Source: Lytechinus pictus (Eukaryota). Taken from it: a stretch of DNA of 64,000 nucleotides. Within the stretch, counting starts at the first letter, position 1. Each line of letters starts with the position of its first letter. A program made the translations under genes and the position numbers. Positions 27,127 through 37,753 of the stretch are shown here, piece after piece. The notes under the pieces are model-generated. The model made no database searches. It had not been told where the DNA came from and saw nothing but the letters and a program-made list of their open reading frames with translations. The stretch lies in the NCBI RefSeq assembly GCF_037042905.1, contig NW_026974140.1, positions 10,540,001 through 10,604,000 on the forward strand, read 5' to 3'.

Positions 27127-27514
27127 CCATACCTACTAGGCTCTACTCTCTAGCCTAATTTTTTTTAAATCTCCTAACATAGGCTCTGTTATAACTTATA
27201 TAGGTCTGGGCTAGGCCCTAACTTATTCTTACTTAGTTTGTCTTACTCTTAGTACTCTTAGTTACTAACAGTAACACTAACTGACTGAGGGCTAGAAAGT
27301 CTAGACTAGGGCCTGGCTCTGACGCGACGGTCAGTGAGTGACAGAGCTGGATAGACTCTAGGCCCTAACTAGAGGGTCTAGTCTAGTCGAATCTAATGCT
27401 AGGCCTAGACTAGATCTAACTTGTTAAGGTTAAAATTAAGACTCTAGAAAGACTACTGACTAGATTTAGAATTTTCCAGAAAGGGCGGGGGTGCTCTAAA
27501 AAAAACCCTTAAAA

Positions 27515-27716
27515 TCAATGTCCAAAAGGCAAAACTCCAATATGTCGTGAAGATGAATTAAAACTGTTTTCTGTCGGTGTTCATTCCACGCATTATTCAT
27601 GTCCATCCGACACAAGAACCTTAAAAACAATGTCCAATGTCGTGAAGATTACTTAAAACTGTTTTCTGACGGTGTTGATTCCATGCATTTTTTGTCTGCG
27701 TCAGACGACGGAACCT
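27515..27716. repeat. Two-copy direct repeat of about 100 bp inside the Harbinger element
   Basis: atgtcgtgaagat...ttaaaactgttttctg.cggtgtt.attcca.gcatt occurs at about 27542 and 27637. Confidence 0.8.
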
Positions 27717-29232
27717 CCGGCTAGCACTGCCGGCGTTGTACGGCTAAAAGCAGCCGGAGAGTTTACAAGCAATCATTGCATAAAATTGACGGCGATGATA
27801 ATTCATTTAAGATATCTCTTAATACTTAGAAACTTTAATTTTTAGTCAGAACGTGAGATATATCTATTATCTATGATATATAACAGTGAAAATTAGATAC
27901 ATACCAAAATATGCCTCTATCCCGTCAAAATGGGAAGCCGATGACCCTTTTTCGCAAGAACTTGCTGCGGCTGAATAATGACGACTTATGCAAAGTTTAT
28001 GTCAACAGGCTCGTTCATGACTATTCAGTTTATGTAATGATGATTAATTCACGTCATAAGCTAAAACAATACATAAATATTTTTATGCAACGAAATTTAT
28101 GTCAACGGCATAAGCTATGCATGATTTTATGTCATGATCAAAATTTATGTCATTATGACATAAATTTTTATGCAACAGGGCCCTGGGCACAGACTGGAAC
28201 CTCAAAAAAACGAAAAGTTCTCTCCTTCTACCCCAGACCCAGTCTCGATCGGCCATTTTGTTACAATTCATAACAAAAATGGCCGATCGAGACGGGGGTA
28301 GAAGGAGAGAACTTTTCGTTTTTTGAGGTTCCAGTCTGTGCCCAGATGTCAGGAAACTGCCACTCGTTAGACCTTCATCCATATAATCGTGGTAAGTGCA
28401 TAATTTCTGTTTTCACAATTCATTTGGAGAAATATTTAGACCATAAATCACCCTAGTCCCGTGAGTATGGTCAAATACACGCTAAGCCCCTGGGCTCCCG
28501 CCCGCTGGGCAGGCGGGAGCTCCCTGACACTGGGTTATCAATATCATCATGCGAGCTCACGTCGTCACGAGTCACAGTCACACTAACTAACTACCATCGG
28601 TGAACATGGTGAATGAATGGGGATTATAGTGAAATGTTAGAAATTGTTAAGGAAATCCCCAGAAACGACGGTTATTCCTGTCTACATAAAGTGGTGATCA
28701 AAAGTTCATTGTTTATATCAATGTTTCAACTTCGAATTCTGACGTTAATCTGACGGGACTAAACACTCAAATAGCTAACAAAATTATAAACATGTGGGAC
28801 TGAAATGAACTTGTCTGACGGGATTGCACAAATCATTTGATATCAATTAGGCCTATCATAAAAAAAATCATGCCAGCATAATTACGGTATAGGCCCCTAT
28901 CAGTAAAATTAATTAGAGGGGGGCTACCTCATACAACTTTTAAAGATACTAAGAAAATAAGCAAACTATGAGAAATGTTCATACCAACGTAGATCCAGGT
29001 AGAAAAAAAAGAAGGGATCGCCAGTCCGTCCCTATTCTCGGCAGATCCCAGAATCTGATATTATGCGAGCAGCGCAAGCGAGCGAGATATGGGCGGGGGC
29101 GGGGCGCCTAATAAAGCGAAAGCGGTTGCAGGAAGGGGGTGAGCAAGATCTCTGGCCCCAATCATTTATAAAATATAAAACTAAGTTAAGTATAACTGTG
29201 TTTTATGTTCTTATATTTCCAATTTACTCTTC

Positions 29233-29670
29233 GGGGGGGGGGGGGGGCAGTCAAATATATCGCTGTACACACGCGTGACCAAGTAATTTCCAATAAACGC
29301 CCCCTAAAAAAGTTTTTCTCTGTGTGCAAAATAACCCCCTAAACAAGTTTTTCGCTGGGTTTGTTTACACATTTTGGCCCCTAAGCAAGTTGTCTCCAAA
29401 ATATCACCTCAGGGAAAAAGCTTGCATGGGAAAACACACGTTTGACTATTCTATTAAAAACATACCCTAAATACGTTGACCCCGCGATTAACCATTGACC
29501 AGTCTTTCAAAACCACCCTTTTTCTTGAAAATCAGTGTTTTTGATACCCTTAACGAGTCCACGTGCGGGCCGCGTCCAAAACTGAAAAAACATCCCTTTA
29601 AACACGTTTTTTTGGTCACGCATGTGTACAGCAATATATTTGACTGCCCCCCCCCCCCCCCCCCCCCCCC
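29233..29670. mobile_element. MITE with polyG/polyC-tipped TIRs
   Basis: G-run gcagtcaaatatat.gctgtacaca.gcgtgaccaa is inverted at ttggtcacgcatgtgtacagcaatatatttgactgc followed by a C-run. Confidence 0.75.
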
Positions 29671-32600
29671 GGCTACTGTTTTCCATTTTCATCAAAACGT
29701 TTCTAGACTTGATCTGCATCAGCTCCAGCCCCCGTTGCTCCAGCCCGGCCCCTAAACCCCACTCTTTCATCCTCTCTCTCTTTTGTCCCTTTCCCTTGTT
29801 TTCTACATTGTTTAGGGGAAATCCGTCAGTTTTCCACAAGTATTTACTTAATCAGGACAATTCAACCTTACAATTGTGTGAAAAGGAAACTATAATTTTT
29901 TTTTGTAAATATATATTTAAAAATAGAAAATGAAGAGGAATAAGAAACTTGAGATCATAATCAATCTCAAAATCACAATTTGGTGAACAAATTATCAAGA
30001 GTGGATGGGATTTTTCTGAATACTCTCCACTTTGTCATGAATGTTAAAAGGATTGTGGTTTTCTCAAGAAATATTTCCCTCAAGATGATACTAAAACAAA
30101 TAGCATATTGTTAAATATCCTCGTCAAAGAAAAATATTATTCTGAGTAAAAATTCTGAATAGGTGCTACTTTACGCAATTTTGTATTTTGGAGGATTTGA
30201 AGCAATTAACAAACCAAGGAAGAGTCTCGACCTATGCAACATTATGTAGCCAATATCCAAAATCACCTATTTAATAAATCAAAACTTTTCAAAATGTTTG
30301 TTTTTTCATCTCTATCTTTCCTGTTTTCCCTTATCAAAGCAACTTTCCATTTGGGTTGAATCCCCCTGGATACATCAGCATCAATTTATTCAATAATAAT
30401 ACACAACCATTTTTAATTACAAAATAAATTTAATCAGTTTCTCATTTGTAAACTCCATATGATCATTGAACATTAAGAAATTGTATCAAACAAATTATTC
30501 TTAATAAACAAAGACAACACAGAGTGTGACAATTTTATCTTGCAATGGAAGTGATTCAATATTTCTTCATTTTCTTGCATTTGCCAGTGAAACATTTTCT
30601 TAAAATGTTTGATACTACCCACCACCATATATCACAATAGTATTGTAGAATATTTATTTTTTAAATGCATAAGATTGCACTAATTGAAAAAAAAGCTACA
30701 TAAAAGTCAAATAACACATACCCTATATTTGGTGTGAGATTGTACATGTAAAATAGTGTTTTTCAACCCTAGACGTTTACTTTCAGTTATCTAGTTTTCG
30801 GGTTGAAAATCACCAGATATGAGTGTTTTCAAAATGATACTCAATACACATAAGCCCTATCAGTCAAACATCAGAAACAATAAAACTATACTCTCATTCA
30901 AAATGAATCACCAATAAATATGGTTTAATTACTTCTTTTTTTTTAGATTACAAATACTATACCAACAAGCTCTGCTTTTACCTTTGGCTCCCCATATCCA
31001 CACCTCTCATTTTCTTTGTCATTATATTACAACCATTTACAAGAATACATTATAGTACTTTTTTTTTTTATTGTTATATTAAGTATACATTTCATATTTT
31101 ACGATATTTATTTATGCCTACCTATGATAATTTATATTGTATAATATTGTTTATATTGTATAATATTATTGTTTGTACTGAGTTGTTGATTTTGTTGAAA
31201 ATGTGAAATGTTGATATGAATAAACCTTGAAACCTTGAATTTTATTTATAATTTGCACAGAAAAATATCATTGGAAATATTTATGAAGTATTAATGGGAT
31301 TGAAAACTATAATAGCTCTAGACCATATTTTTGTGACAGTTCTTTGTTCGCTTCTTTATTATCATTTGTTTGGTGTCACCTGTGCCTGGGAGGCGAAAAG
31401 CGAACTGAATCACTATGACCCGCAGGTCTCTCCTCCCGATATAACTGATTGGGGGAGTGCAGGTGGACCACTACACCGGGGTTTCCCCCTACTCTTATAC
31501 GAATAGTGCAGAGGGTTCTTAACGTGCAAAGGTGGTGACTCTCCTCTCCTCTCCTTTATTTGGTTATGGATCCTAGGTCAGACAAATCTTATACATATGG
31601 TCTGAACAACAATATAAAATTGACCAAAGACATTGATCTGTAGGTTTCAATGTTATCTTTTCCTGCAAATTGTCTCTTGAGATTTTTAATTCATTAACAG
31701 GAAAATATTGGAATATTTGCACTTTTCTACATTAAAAGAAACAAATTCACAATTCAGTTCACATTTATAGATAACATCATAGTATGGACACATCAGGCTG
31801 GTACATCAGGCTGGTGGGAACATGGTAATAGGGTGTAACATTTAACTCCAAAGTGTCAAAATAGAAGAAAAAAAATAAATGATTTTTGTCCTTGTTTTTG
31901 TCAAACATAGGTTTAATTAAGAGGAAAAAATAAAAAAGATTCGGTTTGACCCCTCTGTTGTGAAAGCACAGACAATATTTTATGAAAATGATAACACTAG
32001 AGCTTAACAAAATAGCTGAGGAAATTCTTTTGTGTCCATTTTGGCTCCAATAGACCATGATATATCAGTATGGAAGACATAAGTCTCTGACAATAAAATA
32101 TACTAAAATCTAATAAACTAATTATATTGCAACTTGACTAAACATACTAAAATTTTATAAATATGCAATCTCTCTTGTATGTCACAATTCTAAATTTCAA
32201 ACATACATGAAGGAATATCAGGACTAAAAGTCCTTTGGAAATCTTAAATCAAAGTTGAGAAATACACTAGATGCACAATATCTTTCATGATATTTTCAAT
32301 TCTTTACATGAAACATATCTGATCATGGCAGCATCACCAATATTGAAGTTGCATTCAAACGCAGCTCCAGAAATCAAAAGCGAATTGATTTTTAACCAAT
32401 CACAAGCACATATTTTTTACTATTGTGCAAGATTTTTGGAATTGTGTTTGAACGCAACTTTTGTGCAACAGGCACTAGAGCCCTGTAACGAAAATTCATC
32501 AATGTATCTTAAAGTTTATTTATATGATGGACAGCACATGATGACCTGTATAATCAATTACAAAATCAACCCTACAATCAATCACTAACTTCCATGTTAC

Positions 32601-34194
32601 GAGGCATGGGGGGCTGTTTCACAAAGAGTTGATCTGAACGTTAAACCATCCATAATTGCAAATTAGGACATGGAATCAATACATCATCTACTATTGCATG
32701 TCCTATCAGCATGAATCTATCATTTGATGATGTGGTGATGTTGTACTATATATAGCACATACATATAACTAAACTGAATCATCAATCTGTTAAAATGCGA
32801 GAGTAAACACATTTTTCATCAATATCATCTAAATGATTTACAAGAAACGACCCAACAGAAGTGACATAGTATACATGTAGATAAAACAAAGAGAAATATA
32901 AGAAATAGGCCTAAGAAGAATATATATATCTTTGTTGTATGGGAATGATTCAGCCGATCCAAATGGTATTGCACACTACTTGTGATGGTAATTTTCTTTC
33001 CACTCATGTACATAGTTGCACTTGTTGGAACAGAATTTTCTCTCAAACAAATTTTTAGTCACACTCCCTCACCACACTAAACTATTAGTCTACAGGTACA
33101 GACCCTGATTGAATCTTTTTATATCAACAAGCAAATCTTGGAACAAGTCTTGCACATAAATGTCACAATTTAATTCATACCCTGGTAGGCTTGGAATTCA
33201 GAACATTTTGTTTTAATAAAAAATAAATAAAAGGGGTGGTGCCTTCATGCCACTCAACTATAAAATTTAAGATATGATGTAGTTGTAAGACTATATTCCA
33301 TTAAATTCATTTAAAGTGCTTAGAGCCTAATGGAAAAAACGCAGTATAAGTAATAATAATATTCATCAGAGAAAACAATTATCTTCAGATAATCATTAGG
33401 AATACAAATACAAAGTACTACATCATGACAATACTCACATTTTTTAAAATTATTGTATCAATGTAAAACTTCAAATTCAATGATTCATAAGATATATCAC
33501 TAGGACAATAATCAAGGTTTCAAATGAGTAGAGAGCTCTGAGCAATAACCTTTCTTTACCATTAATCATGAGGGTTTTAAATATCAGCATTAATTCACAA
33601 AGTGTAGACCTTACTTGTACATTCATTAGCCAAGCAACAAAAATAGAATGTAAACATGTCATGCAAAGCACGAATCATGTTTGACTCCTATTTAGACATT
33701 CCTTGTTTAAATCATAACTATTTCCACTTAATTTGCATAATATTGGAATAGAATCAAATTATCACAGGTGAACATGTATATTTTTCCAAGCTGTATGATT
33801 GAGACAAGATTCTATGATCAAATATCGAAGAAGTCTTCGATGCCCCAACCCCCACCACCCTACAAATGTAATAGGCCATTTCAGTGTAAGCAAAGGTTGT
33901 AGTTAACTGTATCATCATTGGTACTATAAGACGATATCATAGTTTAATAGACATTTATAGTGGGTTGTATTTGATAAGTAGATGGTCTGATGCTTAGACC
34001 ATCAGACACCATCAAAGCTACATGTAAGTCCACTTGGTCTACTACTGTTTGTTTGAATTAACCAATAATTGATCACTTGGTTGATCTGTAATTCAGTCTA
34101 TTTCCCAGATACCACAATATAATTTTGCACCAAGTGGGAATTCAATATTACAGTAAACAAAAATTGTAGTTAGCTGTCTTGTAGCTTGCATAAG

Positions 34195-34435
34195 TTAATA
34201 ATAGATATAACACAGTTCTTGTATAGCACAGATTACATTATGATATAAACTTCCTATGCACTTCCAAAAGACCAGGATATTATTAGCCTGGCTTTCGCAC
34301 CGCAGCCTTTTACAGTGCGGAAGCATTACTTTCAAGAAATAAATTTGTGCCAGGTTCTCATTTACCTCACCTGGGTTGAGTGCAGCACAGTGTGGATGAG
34401 TTTCTTGCCAAAGAAACTGATCCATGGCTGGGATT
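34195..34435 (-). mobile_element. SINE copy, same family
   Basis: acctcacctgggttgagtgcagcacagtgtggat core and tail. Confidence 0.7.
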
Positions 34436-34548
34436 CTTAGGAGGGTGTAAGAAAAGAAACTAGGCTAGTTCGTCAATGGGAGAGGATATCCTAGTTCAAC
34501 AGCTAAGCATATTATAGTTCAGTTTGTATAGATGGTTTGATTCAATGG

Positions 34549-37500
34549 GTAATTGTGGTAAGCCTAGGTCGTAGAATGTTGTATCATCACTTGTATAAAA
34601 TGACATCATAGTTTAATAGATCATTGTGGTAAGCCTAGGTCATAGAATGCTGTATCATCACTTGTATAAGATGACATCATAGTTTAATAGATCATTGTGG
34701 TAAGCCTAGGTTGTACTATGCTGTATTATCACTTGTACAAGATGACATCATAGTTTAATACATCATTGTGGTAAGCCTAGATTGTACTACGCTGTATTAT
34801 CATTTGTATAAGATCACATCATAGTTTAATACATCATTGTGGTAAGCCTAGGTTGTACTATGCTGTATCATCACTTGTACAAGATGACATCATAGTTTAA
34901 TAGATCATTGTGGTAAGCCTAGGTTGTACTACGCCGTATTATCACTTGTATAAGATCACATCATAGTTTAATAGATCATTGTGGTAAGCCTAGGTTGTAC
35001 TACACTGTATCATCACTTGTACAAGATGACATCATAGTTTAATAGATCATTGTGGTAAGCCTAGGTTGTACTACGCTGTATTATCACTTGTACAAGATGA
35101 CATCATAGTTTAATAGATCATTGTGGTAAGCCTAGGTTGTACTATGCTGTATTATCATTTGTACAAGATGACATCATAGTTTAATAGATCATTGTGGTAA
35201 GCCTAGGTTGTACTATGCTGTATTATCATTTGTACAAGATGACATCATAGTTTAATAGATCATTGTGGTAAGCCTAGGTTGTACTATGCTGTATTATCAT
35301 TTGTACAAGATGACATCATAGTTTAATAGATCATTGTGGTAAGCCTAGGTTGTACTATGCTGTATTATCATTTGTACAAGATGACATCATAGTTTAATAG
35401 ATCATTGTGGTAAGCCTAGGTTGTACTATGCTGTATTATCACTTGTACAAGATGACATCATAGTTTAATAGATCATTGTGGTAAGCCTAGGTTGTACTAT
35501 GCTGTATTATCATTTGTACAAGATGACATCATAGTTTAATAGATCATTGTGGTAAGCCTAGGTTGTACTATGCTGTATTATCATTTGTACAAGATGACAT
35601 CATAGTTTAATAGATCATTGTGGTAAGCCTAGGTTGTACTATGCTGTATTATCATTTGTACAAGATGACATCATAGTTTAATAGATCATTGTGGTAAGCC
35701 TAGGTTGTACTATGCTGTATTATCACTTGTACAAGATGACATCATAGTTTAATAGATCATTGTGGTAAGCCTAGGTTGTACTATGCTGTATTATTATTTG
35801 TACAAGATGACATCATAGTTTAATAGATCATTGTGGTAAGCCTAGGTTGTACTATGCTGTATTATCATTTGTTCAAGATGACATCATAGTTTAATAGATC
35901 ATTGTGGTAAGCCTAGGTTGTACTATGCTGTATCATCACTTGTACAAGATGACATCATAGTTTAATAGATCATTGTGGTAAGCCTAGGTTGTACTACGCT
36001 GTATCATCACTTGTATAAGATGACATCATAGTTTAATAGATCATTGTGGTAAGCCTAGGTTGTACTATGCTGTATCATCACTTGTACAAGATGACATCAT
36101 AGTTTAATAGATCATTGTGGTAAGCCTAGGTTGTACTATGCTGTATTATCATTTGTATAAGATCACATCATAGTTTAATAGATCATTGTGGTAAGCCTAG
36201 GTTGTACTATGCTGTATCATCACTTTTACAAGATGACATCATAGTTTAATAGATCATTGTGGTAAGCCTAGGTTGTACTATGCTGTATTATCATTTGTAT
36301 AAGATCACATCATAGTTTAATAGATCATTGTGGTAAGCCTAGGTTGTACTATGCTGTATCATCACTTGTACAAGATGACATCATAGTTTAATAGATCATT
36401 GTGGTAAGCCTAGGTTGTACTACGCTGTATTATCACTTGTATAAGATGACATCATAGTTTAATAGATCATTGTGGTAAGCCTTGGTTGTACTATGCTGTA
36501 TCATCACTTGTATAAGATCACATCATAGTTTAATAGATCATTGTGGTAAGCCTAGGTTGTACTATGCTGTATTATCACTTGTATAAGATGACATCATAGT
36601 TTAATAGATCATTGTGGTAAGCCTTGGTTGTACTATGCTGTATTATCATTTGTATAAGATCACATCATAGTTTAATAGATCATTGTGGTAAGCCTAGGTT
36701 GTACTATGCTGTATTATCACTTGTATAAGATGACATCATAGTTTAATAGATCATTGTGGTAAGCCTAGGTTGTACTACGCTGTATTATCACTTGTATAAG
36801 ATGACATCATAGTTTAATAGATCATTGTGGTAAGCCTTGGTTGTACTATGCTGTATCATCACTTGTATAAGATCACATCATAGTTTAATAGATCATTGTG
36901 GTAAGCCTAGGTTGTACTATGCTGTATTATCACTTGTATAAGATGACATCATAGTTTAATAGATCATTGTGGTAAGCCTAGGTTGTACTATGCTGTATTA
37001 TCACTTGTATAAGATGACATCATAGTTTAATAGATCATTGTGGTAAGCCTTGGTTGTACTATGCTGTATCATCACTTGTATAAGATCACATCATAGTTTA
37101 ATAGATCATTGTGGTAAGCCTAGGTTGTACTATGCTGTATTATCATTTGTACAAGATGACATCATAGTTTAATAGATCATTGTGGTAAGCCTTGGTTGTA
37201 CTATGCTGTATCATCACTTGTACAAGATGACATCATCGTTTAATAGATCATTGTGGTAAGCCTAGGTTGTACTATGCTGTATCATCAATTGTACAAGATG
37301 ACATCATAGTTTAATAGATCAATGTGGTAAGCCTAGGTTGTACTACGCTGTATTATCATTTGTACAAGATGACATCATAGTTTAATAGATCATTGTGGTA
37401 AGCCTAGGTTGTACTATGCTGTATCATCACTTGTACAAGATGACATCATAGTTTAATAGATCATTGTGGTAAGCCTAGGTTGTACTATGCTGTATTATCA

Positions 37501-37660
37501 TTTGTACAAGATGACATCATAGTTTAATAGATCATTGTGGTAAGCCTAGGTTGTACTATGCTGTATTATCACTTGTACAAGATGACATCATAGTTTAATA
37601 GATCATTGTGGTAAGCCTAGGTTGTAGAATGCTGTATCATCACTATATAACTAAGATTAG
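34549..37660. repeat. 71-bp tandem minisatellite, about 44 copies, directly downstream of the UFSP2 stop
   Basis: Unit gatcattgtggtaagcctaggttgtactatgctgtattatcacttgtacaagatgacatcatagtttaata. The tcattgtgg anchor at 34621 and 37603 is exactly 42 x 71 bp apart. Confidence 0.98.
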
Positions 37661-37666
37661 ATATTC

Positions 37667-37753
37667 TCATAGTTCAATTGGTCTTTGTGGTAAGCATAGG
37701 TTGTAATACGCTGTCTTGTCCCAGAAATCAATGCCTTTCCAACCGCACCATCC
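37667..37753 (-). CDS. UFSP2: UFSP2 last coding exon ([28 protein letters not shown])
   Basis: catcag|GGA ... TGA; conserved UFSP2 C-terminus. Confidence 0.96.
   Translation of the reverse strand, partial: GWCGWKGIDFWDKTAYYNLCLPQRPIEL

Larger units (their letters stand above)
20511..28182. mobile_element. 7.7-kb non-autonomous PIF/Harbinger-type DNA transposon
   Basis: TIR ggccctgttgca / tgcaacagggcc, 3-bp TSD CTG (20508-20510, 28183-28185), many subterminal ttatgtcatga/catgacataa repeats at both ends. Removing it restores the palindrome it interrupts. No transposase ORF. Confidence 0.85.
20321..28537. mobile_element. Palindromic foldback/MITE-like element of about 540 bp (20321-20510 + 28186-28537), split by the Harbinger insertion
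   Basis: 20321-20512 is a near-perfect inverted copy of about 28341-28537; 28183-28345 is itself a hairpin centred on caattca (28264-28270). Confidence 0.85.

Noticed and set aside
27911-28382. Transposase ORFs at the end of the Harbinger element
   Set aside because: The ORFs run through subterminal repeats and the palindrome, with no DDE or other recognisable motifs.
34549-37660. CRISPR-like array
   Set aside because: Units are contiguous near-identical 71-mers with no unique spacers; the context is eukaryotic and there are no cas genes.
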